NCBI GenBank assembly: GCA_963575745.1
Contig: CAUYUJ010000271.1
Coordinates: 62,001 to 116,035 of the forward strand
Length of the DNA: 54,035 bases
From: Prorocentrum cordatum
Taxonomy: Eukaryota
Direction of reading: 5' to 3'
The notes below the pieces were generated by a model. That model ran no database searches. It was not told the DNA's origin and worked only from the letters and a program-made list of their open reading frames with translations. This document shows positions 25,207-38,444 of the stretch, one piece after another (position 1 is the stretch's first letter; each line of letters begins with the position of its first letter). The position numbers were made by a program, and so were the translations under genes.

Positions 25207-25710
25207 ATGGGGAATACGTTGCTTGAGTCAGTGCAGAACATAGTGTATCAGCTGTCTGCTTGGTCATTGTTGATCATGTTTACGTTGGAGGTTGCGGTTT
25301 ACCCCAGCAAGGGAGTCGACACTCGGCAGAACAACATTGATGCTCTGACAAGCTTTCGTATCCTCACTGCCGCTTCGATCGTCCTGGAGCACCTTCGCAC
25401 GGGCCTGTTAATGTTTGGGTCATCGTAGTTCCTCTTGTTGAGTGGATGTGTCATCAGCTTGACACGCGGAAAAAACAGGGCATTTGAAAGCACCCTTTTC
25501 TTCTGCAGAAGAAGTAGTCACATTATTGTCCTTCGTTGGATGCGTGTTGCGCCTCTGTATTTGTTCTTTTTCGCAATCTAAGAGACCGACTTGGCGAAGG
25601 TGACGCACGACGGCTTGGACTTGTTTGTGCCATTGTGTTGCGCCGTGCAGGCGCCAATGAAAACAATCATGCTTCCGTGGTCGAACCATATAGCTTTTCA
25701 TCAACAATAA
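25207..25710 (+). pseudogene. Acyltransferase-3 (OafA-like membrane O-acyltransferase) N-terminal pseudogene fragment, intronless
   Basis: One frame reads IDALTSFRILTAASIVLEH (cf. LDGLR..A..VV..H), GSS*FLLLSGCVI (cf. GV..FF.LSG) and LRWMRVAPLY (cf. R..RI.P.Y), with in-frame stops at 25426 and 25579. Confidence 0.75.
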
Positions 25711-26061
25711 AGGGGCGATGAGCAAATTGCTTGCACCATTGATCATGTAAGTGTATTTACTGGAATTACTCTGTAATGGAAAGAGGGATCATTGGGAGCA
25801 GTGGGCAGCTTCCCCAAAGCAGTTTAATCAAGACAACCGCGGGGTGCTGTGCCCTCAAGATTGTTGATTTCGTTGTGTTCTTCTGGGCAGACCACGTGGG
25901 CCACCTACGCGGGCCATGTTTCGCACTTCGGTGTGGATGGCTTGTGGCCATGACCAGAAGTCCCTGCCGAATTTGAGGCCGTCTTCGAACCGTGGCCTGC
26001 TCGCGTGCAAGGTGCGACGGCGCGTAATGTTTACAATCGTTTTGTCGCATTGCCACGCATC

Positions 26062-26432
26062 TTTTCGCGCCTCCGAAGCTATAAACCCTTCTAAATGAAG
26101 GAACACTCGCGCCCCCGAAGCCATAAACCGTAGAACATCATATATAAGATTCGCCTCCCCAGGGCCAAACCTTCGAACATTTTACCATACTGGCTTCCCA
26201 GAGGCCACAAACCCTGGCAAATGATACAAGATTCGCGTCTCCGAGGCCATAAACCCTCCGCAATAATTGTGCCCCCGAGGCAATAAACCTTCGTACATTA
26301 CACAGCCTTTGCGTCCCCGATGCCACAAACCGTTGCAAATCACGCAAGGTTCGCGACCCTGTAGCCATAAATCATTGTAAATGACATAAGATTCGCGCCA
26401 CCGAAGCCATAAACCCTTGTAAATTATCGTTG
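26062..26432. repeat. ~40-bp tandem repeat, ~9 copies (GATTCGCG.C.CCGA.GCCATAAACC)
   Basis: Regular recurrence of gcca(t/c)aaacc-like cores at ~40-bp spacing. Confidence 0.85.
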
Positions 26433-26549
26433 GCCCTCGCATGAAATCCCGGTATTACTTCACGTCAGCGTCCAGACATCCCAACACAGCTCTGGCAAGT
26501 CCCATTCTAAGAGAGGGGGGCCAGCGGCATGGGGGCGAAGCCCTCATGG

Positions 26550-26614
<65 letters not shown>

Positions 26615-29600
26615 GGAAAAGAGAGAGAGAGAGAGAAAGCATGCGTCCCCCGCCTGCTCTTTCCCTTCCCCATCCCTTTCCGCCCCTCCCCCCCCTCCGT
26701 CTCCCCCCCTCCTCCTGCCCCTCCTCCCGCCGCTGCTTCCGCTCCCCCTGCTCCTGCACCTGCTTTCCCGTGCTCTGCTCCTGCCACCTCCGTCTCGTCA
26801 TGGTCTGGCGGCCGGCGGCAAGTCCCGCCACCGTGGCGCGGGCGAGGCCGGCGCGACCCTCCTCGGCCCGGGCATGGATCCCGTGCGCGTTGCGGTCTCC
26901 GGCCGTCTGGAGGCCCTCTCGGAGCCCTCTCGGAGGCCCTCGCCGAGGTCCGGCAGCCATCGGAGGCCCTCGGAGGCGACCCGTGAGCTTGGCAGGAGGA
27001 GGGGGAGGAGGAGGAGGAGGAGGAGGAGGAGGAGGAGGAGGAGGAGGAGGAGGAGGAGGAGGAGGAGGAGGAGAAGGAGGAGGAGGAGGAGGAGGAGGAG
27101 GAGGAGGAGGAGAGGGGTCGTGGACGCGTGGGCCCAGGACCTTCCCACAGGCTGCACATAAAGGCGTCGTGGAGGTGTGGGGGGGGCCCTGCGCTGGCGT
27201 GGAGAGTCTGAGTGCGAGCAAGATGTATGACGAGATCGGAGGGCTGGTGATTCTCTGACTGAATGTAAGTGAGACGGAGCATGTGTGAGCGTGGGTGAGT
27301 CCGAACGGGGGCGAGGCAGAATATAAACGATCCAGATGTGTGATTTGGCTTGGACATAACGGATCTGTGTATGGGTAGATGGGTTCGAGAGAGTCTGGAT
27401 GCGATGGACAATGGACGGGATGCGACGTGAAGAGTGAGGCGGAGGGTTCCCGCGAAGCGCAAGGGCCCACACTTCTGCTACGGGCGAACCGTTGGGTTCT
27501 ACTGAGAGGCGTGGCGATCAACTCTGGACGACAAGTGGGTATGGGCCACGGGTGAGAAATGTTGGGCACGATCCTACATTGAGTATGGGTAGGACTGGAG
27601 GTGGGTGGTCATAACAAAACAGTACCTGAATGTCTGAATGGTGCGTCGGCTGAGCGTGAACAAATCTGGGTATGACTGAGTCTGAGTGTGTGTGTGTGTG
27701 CTTCGGGGTGTGCATCAATCAGAACAGCCTGCGCCTATGATCTGAGGAAGTAGTTCCACGATCCTCAAACTTCGATCGTCCTCTTCACACCATTCCTTCC
27801 CTCACCCACTCCGTGCGCTCCCGCTGCCAAGAGCATCGAGGAGAGCGATCGGGAGGAAGGCCAGGGATGGAGAGAGGAGGGGGATCCGCGGATCGAATCA
27901 CCCGACAGCTGAACGAGGAAGGTTCTTTTGATGCCGTTGATTGTCATTTCCTCAATCTTCTTAGTCAGCTAACTATGCAGTGTGCAAATAATTGACCAGC
28001 AATGCCTGGCGAGGGCCACGGCATGGTTTAGTACTCCCTTCTGGCTGCGGCCCGGAGGGTCTACTCACCATCCTTGTGCGCAGGATGGCCCTGGACAGGC
28101 AGGCTGGTGTACATATTCCTTCTGCGAAGATCACCAAGCGGATTCGGCCGGATCCACTGGGCAGCATGGTGGGCCCAGACATTCTCTCGAAGCGTGTGGG
28201 TGGCCAGCGCTCCCGAGAAGGTCTGGATCCACGGGGGGGGGGCGATTTGGTCTGGTCGGGCACATCGGGTGATCTGATCGTCGACTAGTGGCACCGCCAA
28301 CCACACCTGCTGCACCGTCAATTCGGCGGGGAACGACGAGTATCAATGACACGCGCGTCGTTTTTCAAACAGCGCGCGGTACGTACTCGCTCGCTCATTG
28401 TATCCGCCGCCGTGCCCGCGGCACGCGTAGGCGTGGAAGAATGCCAAAGGCTGCCTGGCAAGGTTTTGCTTAGTCTTCTAAGGGCCCCCCCCACCCCCCT
28501 GGTCACGCTTCCATGACTGCATCGCCCCTATTACCGCCGGTCCCTGGGCGGTCATGGCGCCTCCCCGGGGCTCTTCAAGGATTCTATGACGGCCCAGAAG
28601 GCCCTCTTGGAGGCCTCTTGGGGCCTCTTGGGCGCCTCCTGGGACCTCCAGGGGGCCTCTTGGGGCGGAAAGCTCGGATCTTCTGTTCGTGTTCCCTATC
28701 TTGGGCCTTTTAGGGCCGTCTTGAAGCCCTCTCGAGCCGTCTTGGGCGCCTCTTGGGCCGCCTTGGGGCGCCCTCAGGCCGTCTTCGGGCCCTGTTGCCA
28801 AGAGGCCCCAAGAGGCCCTAAGAGGCCCCAAGAGACCCCAAAACGGCCCCTGGGGGCTTCAAAACTACTTCCAAGAGGCCTCCGAGAGGCCTCCCAGGAG
28901 GTCCCAACGAACATCCAATAGGCTTCATTCCAACAACCCAGGCACGGTGGCGGAACTTGCCGTAGGCAGTTTGACAAAACCTGACACTGTTTTAACAATA
29001 ACACGCTGATGGGGTCGTCCAACCGTCGTTATATTGATACTGCTTTTGATCCCTCTCCGAAGGAGACATCCCTGGGGCTCAGGCCCATTGTCGCGAGCAA
29101 TGCCGCCAGGCTTTGTCGCCGCTCAGAGGGTAAGGCTGTAATCCCTGCCGCTTCTCTTCTGCCAGCCGTCTGCGAGCACCATCCCTGAATCTCTCCCTAG
29201 TCGGCGTGGCGTCCTTTCATCTGCGCATTTCGAGCGCAGCGGCCTTCCCGCGCCCGTCTGTCGCACACCATACACGCAGCAATCGCTGAGGTCACCCTTG
29301 CACATGCACAAGCACGCGCAAATGGGAGAGCATGGCGCCGTCCCCTATGCAAAATCAGGAACGCGCGGTGTATACACTAGGGCAGTTCGGAAGGACACGG
29401 CGAGCATGTCTTGACACGAGCACCTGCTGCCAGCACTGAGGGTGGCATGCGAACGCCCTGAGACGGCGGACAGCCTTTCCACTTTGCAGCGCCCGAGGAT
29501 TTAAAACGCATCACGCTGGTAGTGCAAGCCGCTGCCCCCTCGGGCCGGAGGCAGTTCAGACCTGGCAGCCACGAGGGCGGAAGGCGCCGCACAAGTCGAA

Positions 29601-31639
29601 TGGGCGCGGCATCGCTGGCTCGTCCTGTCCTGGGGCCTGCTTGGTGCCTTCCGCGGGGCGCTCTCGGGCTCTCGCGGGGTCTACTGTGGGCATTTGGGGG
29701 CTGGGTCCCCAAATGCCTCGGGCCCTTAGGGGAGGTCTGATGACCGTCTGGGAAGCATTGGGGCCATCCTTGCACGGCCTTGGGTCGTCTTGGAAGGGGG
29801 CCTCTTGTGCAGCGCTCGCGCGCTCTTGTGCCGTCGTGGAAGCCTCTGGGGCCCTTCCTGGAGCCGTCTTAAGCTGAAGCATAGCGAACGCCAAGCATGC
29901 CCGAACGCTGAGGGAGGCCGGCAACTTTCGTTCCTGGGGGGCCTGGTGCGGGATCGCCTTGGAGCCTCTTGCGGCCACGTTGGAGCCCTTCCGAAACCGC
30001 CCCCAACGTGTAATCGCGGCGCTTTGCTCATGAACGTCACGCCCCACATGTGCGCCTTCTGTCGCCTGGGGCAAGGCCCGCCAACCCCCCTCACCTCCCG
30101 TCGGACGCTCTCGTCGGCCCTCGTCGGCCCTCCGGCCTCGGGACGCTCCTACAGCAGCTGCGCCCCGCATAGAGAGTTTCCTGGGGGTGCCCGCGTCGTC
30201 CCGTGCGGCCGCTGGAGAGACGCCGCGGACCCCTCGGGGCGCACTGGGGTGGGAGGCATCGGGGGGGGGGCCTCGGCGACAATTGCTGCAAAGACTGGCC
30301 GCCCTGGCATTCCTATCGGCCAACCACGACATGTGCGTTGAACGAGCGGGTGCTCTCACAATGCTAGCCAACGTAGACCACAACAGTGTGTTTCTATGCT
30401 GTGCAGTGTCTGTGGCGCAACATACGAGAAACTTTTTTGGTGGTGCAATTGTTGTTATATATATGGTACAATCGATGCTGTGGAACCTATGTAGACCAAC
30501 CTGTGTGGTGCAATTTTCTACCGTGCACCGCGCTTGACCACCTCCGCTGCTCGCGCAATCGTCCCACCCACCCACCCGCAACTTGGTCTGCAAAACTATC
30601 GCGGTGGCGATTTCGATGAATGCTTGACGTTGGCTGGTTTATCTCTGCGGCCGCGCCAGCCCAAGCGCGCGAGCATACCGGCCAGCTAGTTTGACGTGAC
30701 CGACGCCGCCGCGGTGGCGCTGACCGCAGAGCGCATCCCAGCGGGCACTTCAATGCGAGTCGGCGACTTGGGCGGGCGCGGTATCATGGCAACGTCGCCA
30801 CCGGTAGACACGATGATGATAGTAGCGATGCTGGCAACGGTATTGCCAACGACGGCGGCGCGGCCAGGGCGGGCGCCGATGCTGATCACGCCGACGACGA
30901 TGACGGCGTCTTCGCGTCGGTAATGGAAGTTCGGGAAAGAGTTCGACATGCGCGCGCGGCCGACGCGCGATAGTGGGCCGCATGGTATTATTTGACACGG
31001 ATCGTGCCCCCCCGAGCGCGCGCAAGGGCGTACGAATGATATCGGCAGGAGGCGCCCGAGGCCCGTTTGGCAGAATTCCATGAACATGTTGAGACACCGA
31101 TGGGCCCCCCAAGAATTCGCAAGAGCGCGATCGCATGTTGTTTTGCAACCTGATGTTGCGAAACCATATGCTTTGTAGTTGCATGTTTGTTTGGACACTC
31201 GGTTTTGAAGTCGATACGGAACCAAGAAGGTTCTGACGGATTTTGGCATGCGCGCGCGACGACGCGCGCGCGCACTTCGTCTTATTTGTTGCAAACGATT
31301 CTCACGACGGCACACGCGCAAGGGATTTCGAACGATTTCGGCATGCGCGCGCGAAGTCTGTTTGGTAACATGTTCTGGGCATGTTAAAACACCGAAGGTT
31401 TTCTTGGGAACTCGGAAAAAATGCGCAAGCTTTTTCCCTAACTAGGCTCTGCCTAGAAGGGTTCTTACTCTGTAGCTTAAAGGGGCCCGGCAGTGGAACG
31501 CGCCCCGGGCGGTTCCCCCAGTCCCCGGGGAGCCAAGCGAAAGCAACAGCAAATGAAAAAGCAAACACGCGGTTCCCCCAGTTGCGCTCCCTGGGTGCAA
31601 AGGCAAAAGTGAAGGCAAAAGCGAAAGAAAAGCAAAAAC

Positions 31640-31824
31640 ATAACATATCATAGCATAACATAGCATTGCATAACATAGCACAGCATAGCGCAGCATAGCA
31701 TAACATAGCATAGCATAGCCTAGCCTAGCCTAGCCCAGCATAGAATGGCGCAGCATAGCATAGCATAGCATAGCATAGCATAGCATAGCATAGCATAGCA
31801 TAGCATAGCATAGCATAGCATAGC
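31640..31824. repeat. (TAGCA)n pentanucleotide microsatellite
   Basis: Direct reading. Confidence 0.95.
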
Positions 31825-34289
31825 TGCTACAACTACGACGATGGGGAGAAGGAGGAGGACGGCGTTTACCGTTCCTACTAATGTTGTTTTCCTGGAGGCT
31901 CCAACTTCTAGGTAGGGTCGCACCTGGATGAATAATGGAAATCGGTGCTGCGAAACCTCGCGTTGTTCTTAATATCTTTTGGGGGCTAAATCTTGACATG
32001 TTTGCGAAGCCGATTGTTTTTAACGGATTCTGACATGCGCGCGCGCACTTCGCCCCGTCGTTCGCAAGAAATTCCTGGGAAACAGAAGCAGCACAAACAA
32101 ACTGATTTTTCATTAACGAATGCGCGCGCGTAGTATTTCTTGCAGAGGATGGCGGGGAGGGGCGGATACCGGCCCCGTGGAGGGTGCGAGATCATATTTC
32201 GGATGGGCAATGGGGCAAACTCAAATGTAAATTTCAATACGAAAAAAGGTGGTTCGATGATCCCGGGGGGGGATTAAATACATTTCTTTTCAGACAAGAG
32301 AATCAACGTGGTGCACCCTGTGTTAAGCACTCTATGTTGGATACTATATTTTGTGTAACTTATCCATGTTGTGCAATCGAGGTTGGGCAATATATGTGGT
32401 GCAATGGATTTAAAACAAATGAGTTGACACATCCCATGCTCTTGCAATCATCCCGCCCACCCACCCGCAACTTGGTCTACAATGCCAAGGCGGCGGCGAT
32501 CGCGATGAGTGCTCAGCGTTGTCTGGTCTATCTCTGCGGCCGCGCCAACCCAACCACGCGCGCGCGCCGGCCCGCCAGCTTGACGCGACCGACGCGGCCG
32601 CGGCGGCGCTGACCGCAGGGCGCACCCTAGCGGGCTCTTCACTGCGAGTCGGCGACTTGGGCGGGAGCGGTACCATGGCAACGCCGACAACGGTAGACCC
32701 GTTGATGGTAGCAGCGATGATTGTGACGATGTTCGCACCGACGAATTCGCGGCCAGTGCGGGAGCCGATGCTGATCGCGCCGACGACGATGACGGCGTCC
32801 TCGCGTCGGTGATGAAGGTTCGGAAAGAGTTCGACATGCGCGCGCGGCCGACGCGCGAGTGGCCCGCGCGTTTGTATTTGACGCGGATCGCGCCCCCTAA
32901 CACGCGCGCAAAGGCGCACGAATGATGTCGGCATGCCGCGCCAGAGGTCCGGTTGGGGTTGGCAGAAATCCATGACAACGTTGAAGAGAAGAAAACACAG
33001 TTTTTTTGAGAATTCGCAAGAGCGCGCGCGAGTTTTGTTTGACAACTGATGCTGCGAAACCATGCGTTGTTGTTTACATGTGTTTTGGATATTCGGTTTT
33101 GAAATCGTTACGAAACCCACGGCGTTTTACGCTTTTAATATGTACGTATATATACATACATACATACATACATACATACATACATACATACATACATACA
33201 TAGATACATACATACATACGTGTATAAATATAAGATTTCGGCATGAGCGCGACGACGCGCGCGCGTGCACTTCGCCATTTTTGTTGCTAGGGATTCTCGC
33301 GACGGCACGCGCGCAGGGGCGTTCGAACGATTTCGACATGCGCGCGCGAAGCCCGTTTGGTAGCATGTTCTGAATATGTCGAAAAAAACAATGGCTGTCG
33401 GATGAATTTCGAAAACCTTCCGAAACCTAAGGTTTTGCAAAGATTTCGGCATGCGCGCGCGACGACGCGCGCGTGCACTTCGTTACGTTTGTTGCAAAGG
33501 ATGTATGAAAGCGTATGATTGTTGATAAACGAGCGCGCGCGCATGGAATTTTTTGCAGAGGATGATGAGGGGGGTCAAATCCGGCTGGGCTGGGGTGGTA
33601 TTAGTTCATTTTTAGGATGGACGGTGCGGCAGATTTATGTGAAAATTGCAACACACAAATGCGCACCGATAAAGCTAGGGGGTGGTGGTGGATCCTGTTT
33701 TTGGTGAAAAAATCTACGTGGATCAATTTGTGTGTTATAGCCGATGTCCCCCAACAATGCCTCCTGTTGAAAGTCTTTACATTGAACAAAGAAATGGGCC
33801 CGCGGGCCGGTCTGGCGGCCACGTTGTCGCCGTCGCCGCCCCGTCGCCGCCCCGTCGCCGCCAGTCGTTTGTGCCTGCGGGCTGGTCTGGCGGATGCGTT
33901 GTCGCCGTCGCCGCCGCGTCGCCGCATCGTAGCCGCCCGTCGTGTGGGTAAGACGGTCGATCTGGCGGCAACGTTGTCGCCGTCGCCGCCCACTCGCCGC
34001 TTATGTTGCACAACGTCAGTTTCCTGCCCACGCAAATATTGAAATCTACCCCCCTTGGGGCTGACGGGGTACCTTTTCGCATTGCAATTTACATGCTTGC
34101 TCCATCGTCCATCCGAAGTGTGAATTCGCCCCCCCCCCCCAGCCAGGCTGGAGTTTGGCCCTCCCGATATCCTCGGCAGAAGATGAAATTCGCGCGCGCC
34201 CGTTTACTAACGATCATCAATGTTCAAGAACCCCTTGCAATATTATGACCAAGTGCGTGCGCGTGCGTCGTCGCGCAAGGATGCCGAAA

Positions 34290-34352
<63 letters not shown>

Positions 34353-34431
34353 AGATATATATACATACATGCATACATATATACATATATATGTATATAT
34401 ATATATATATATGTACACGTACATACATACA

Positions 34432-34589
34432 TCGGAGGGGTCCTGGGACACACAACTAAACAAACACACATAACAGGATTCCCCATGTTTTCCATATGTG
34501 TTTGGTTTCTGTCTTCCCCCCACTTCCGATATGTTCCCATTTTATCTGGGGAATCGACGATTGATTGTGTTTGTGCTTCCCTCCCGATA
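34432..34589 (+). mobile_element. ~165-bp short-TIR element, copy 2, inserted in (TACA)n
   Basis: Ends atcggagggg / ccctcccgat are near-inverted; homologous to 13915-14079. Confidence 0.75.
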
Positions 34590-34607
34590 CATACATACAT
34601 ACATACA

Positions 34608-34640
<33 letters not shown>

Positions 34641-34928
34641 CTATACACATATATAAATATACACATATACATCCAGGGAGGTAAAAAAAAAAAAAAAAAA
34701 AACAAAAAAAAAAGGAACTGTAGAAATTGGAAACTTAAAATTCTAGGTTGTCCCGTAGAGATTGCAGCCCCGAAGCACGGCAGACAACAGCACTAGGAAT
34801 ATGCAAAACAAGAAGCGGACCCGTGACGCGGCATGAAACAAAACAAAGAACACCCTGGAACAGCAGGAAGAAGATCTGGGAAACATCTGTCCAGAGATCT
34901 GGGGAGTGTCCAAAGGAAGACTTGACGC

Positions 34929-36751
34929 GGTTGCAAAGCGATACATCTGGAGGAATGTTTCGGGAATAGTTGCGGAAATATCTGAGGGAAGAAGATCTGG
35001 CGGAAGATATGGCGAAAGATATGACGGAAAATCTGGCGGAAGATCTCGCGGAAGATCTGGAGGATAAATCTGGCGGAGGATCTGTCGGAAGATCTGGCGG
35101 AAGATCTTGAGGACGATCCGGCGGAACATCTGGCAGAAGATCCGGCGGGAGATCTGGCGGAAAATCTCGCAGAAGACTTAGAAGATCAATATGGGGGAAG
35201 ATGTAGCGGAAGATCTGGCGAAAGATCCCGCGGAAAATCTACCGGAAGATCTGCCAGAAGATCTGGCGGAAGATCTTGAGGAAGATCTGGCGGAAGATCT
35301 GGAAGAAGGTCAGGCGGAAGATCTGGAGGATAGATCTCGCGGAGAATATAGCGGAAGATCTCGCGGAAGATCTGGAATGCAAATCAGGCTGAAGATCTGC
35401 CGGAAGATCTGGCGTAAGATCTGGCGGAAGATCAGGCGAAAGATCTGACGGAAGATCTGGAGGAAGATCTGGCGGAAAATCTGGTGGAAGCTTGGGGAAG
35501 ATCTGGCGGAAGATCTTGAGGAAGATCTGGCGGAAGACCTGGAGGAAGGTTTGGCGGAAGACCTGGAGGATAGATCTGGCGGAATATAGCAGAAGATCTG
35601 GGGAAAGATCTGGAATGCAAATCAGGCTGAAGATCTGCCAGAAGATCTGGCGTAAGATCTGGCGGGAGATCTGGCGGAAGATCTCGCAAAAGATTTGAAA
35701 GATCAATCTGGAGGAAGGTGTAGCGGAAAATCTGGCCGAAGATCTCGCGGAGGATCTGGAAGAACATCTGGCGGAAGATCTGGCGGAAGATCTCGCGGAA
35801 CATCTAGCGGAAAATCTGCCGGAAGATCTGGCGAAAGATCTGACGGAAGATCTGGAGGAAGATCTGGCGGAAGATCCCGCGGAAAATCTGGAGGATAAAA
35901 GTGGCGGAAGATCTGGCGGAAGATCTGGCGGAAGCTTGGGGAAAATCTGGACGAAGAGTTGGGGGCTCCTGCTCTTCCACCGCCTCCTCCTCCTTCTCCA
36001 ATGCGTCCTCCTCCTCGTCCTGCTACACCTCCTCCTCCTGTTCTTTCGCAAAATCTTCCTCCAGAGCTTCCGCCCGAGCTTCCGCCATCTTCCGCCAACT
36101 TTCTCCTCCAAATCTTCCTCCAAATCTTCCGCCAAATCTTCCTCCAAATCTTCCACCAAAACTTCCGCTAGATCTGCTGCGACATCTCCCGCCAAATTCA
36201 GATTCAAAATCGTCCGGCTAATCTCCCGCTATCTTCCGCCAAATTTATCCTTCAAATATTCCGCAAGATTTTCCGCCACATCTTCCGCCAAATCTTCCGG
36301 CAGATTGATCCTCCAAATCTCCCGCGAGATCTTCCGCCAAATCTTCCGCCAAATCTTCCGCCAAATCTTTCTACAAATGTTCTGTCAAATCTTCTGGCAA
36401 ATCTTCCGCCAAATCTTCCGCTATATGTATGTTCCACCAGATTGATTATCCAAATCTCCCGCGAGATCTTCCCGCAAATCTTCTGCCAAATGTTCCGCCA
36501 AATCTTCCGCCAAATCTTCCGGCTAATCTTTCTCCCAATCTTCCGCCATATCTTTCTCCAAATTTTCCGTCAAATGTATCTTCCTGATTTTCCGCCTGAT
36601 ATTCCGCCAAATCTTCCGTCAGATCTTTCGCCAGATCTGCCGCCAGATCTTCCGCCAGATCTTCCGCCAGATCTTTCCCCAGATCTTCTTCCCTCAGATT
36701 TTCCCGCAGATCTTCCCCCAAACATTTCTCCAAATTAATCGCTTTGCAACC
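34929..36751. mobile_element. Foldback-like element (1.82 kb) with arms made of 12-bp GGCGGAAGATCT repeats in opposite orientations
   Basis: Perfect 14-bp terminal inversion GGTTGCAAAGCGAT (34929-34942 / 36738-36751), continuing imperfectly inward; the array flips at ~35960-36045. Confidence 0.8.
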
Positions 36752-38444
36752 TCCGCCAGGGGGAGGAGGAGGAGGAGGAGGAGGGGGAGAAGGAGGAGAA
36801 GGGAGAGGAGGAGGAAGAGGAGGTGGGGGAAAATAGCCGTGACCATTTGTTAAATTAGGTTTTCAGCGATCACTCGCGCGATGACGGCAGGGCATGCAAC
36901 AACATAAGGACTTTTTATAAATATGATTTTTGAGTAGGTCCGCAAGACTGAAGCCGGGCATGCCCGTCTAGTTTTTTTGAACTCCATGTATGCATTAATG
37001 AATATTTTAGGTTTCGTAGGGTCAACATCGAGCGCCCCGGCAGCAAAAACGCATGGTTTCGCAACAAAGGTTTTCAACAACAACCCGGCGCCCGCGCTCC
37101 TACGAATTCTGGAGGAAACAATTTGTTTCTGCATCTCTATCACGCGCTACCACGCGGGCCTTTCGCACGCGCGCGTCGAAATCGCTCGAGCGCCATTGCG
37201 CGCATGCTGTCCCAATAACCCATTGCAAAAAACGGGGGGGCGCGCACGCGCGCGCGTCGGCCGCGCGCGCATGCCGAAATCCATCGAACACCTTGGGTGT
37301 CGCAAAGTTTGATTGACGAGAATCCCGAGAATGCATCTTTAAACGCATGGTTTTGAAGCCTGCGTTCGCGCTCTCGCGGTTTCTTGCGGGTCCTTCAAGG
37401 AACCATCGGGTTTAAATCTGTTCATGAAAATTTGCAAAATGTGCCTCTCGCGCCGCATGTCGAGCTCATTCGAACGCCCATGCGCGCGTGATGGGGGCGC
37501 ACGATCTACGTCAAACAATTCAATGCGGGCCACGCGCGCGCGTCGGCCGCGCGCGCATGTCGAACTCCTTCAAAAACCTTCTCCATCGCCGCGGCGAAGA
37601 CATCGTCGGCGCCACCGGCGGGCGTGGTCAATATCGGCGCCGCCAATGGCCTAGCCGTCGCCATCGCCACCATCGTCGCCATCATCGTTACTTGCATGAT
37701 CGTGTCTACCGTGAACGGCGTCGCCATGGTACCGCGCCCGCCCAAGTAGCCGACTGGCACTGAAGTGCATGCTGGGAAGTGCCCAGCGGTTAGCGCTACC
37801 GCGGCCGCGCTGGTCGCGCCAAACTAGCTGGCCGCTGCGCGCGCGAGCATGCGCGGGCTAGCGCGGCCGCAGAGATGCACCAGTCAACGCCAAGCACTCA
37901 TCGCAATCGCCACCGCCTGGGTTTTGCAAACCAAGTTGCGGGTGCGTGGGTGGGTGGGTATACAAAAACCTTCGTTCACGCTCCTGCGAATTCTGAAAAC
38001 AGCCATGCGGGTGTCAACGCGTTCGTCACATGTAACCAAACGCGTGCCCTCGCGCGCGCATGTCTAAATCATTCGAGCGCCCTGGCGCGCGTGCTGTCAA
38101 AAGAACCTGTCGTGGCAAAGCGAAACGAAGGCCACGCGCGCGCGTCGTCGCGGGCGCGTGCCGAAACTTCGTAATAACCATTGGTGTCGCAAGGATTTCG
38201 AAATCGAGGGCCCCGAAAACACATTTAAAACGAAACCGTGGCTTTGCAGCGCCAGGTTTCGGAAAAAGGTCTGCGCGCTTTCGCCTTCAGGAAGCCCTCG
38301 GTGTTTCCACGTCTTTATCTTACTCGACCAAAGGGGGCCTTTCGCGCGCGCGTGTCGAAATCATTCGAACGCTCTTGCGCGCGTGCTGAGGAGGGGGGGG
38401 GCGCGATCCCTGTCAGATAATGCCACGCAGGCCACTCGCGGCGG

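Noticed and set aside
27990..28290. GPDILSKRV resembling the copia RNase H end motif
   Set aside because: Single weak motif, with no LTRs or other pol motifs; could instead be an unassigned exon.
35191..36738. EDLA / RKIW / PPDL repeat ORFs
   Set aside because: Products of a 12-bp DNA repeat that is open in several frames on both strands.
36836..36858. ccgtgaccatttg similarity to the spliced leader
   Set aside because: The diagnostic GGCTCAAG 3' end is absent.
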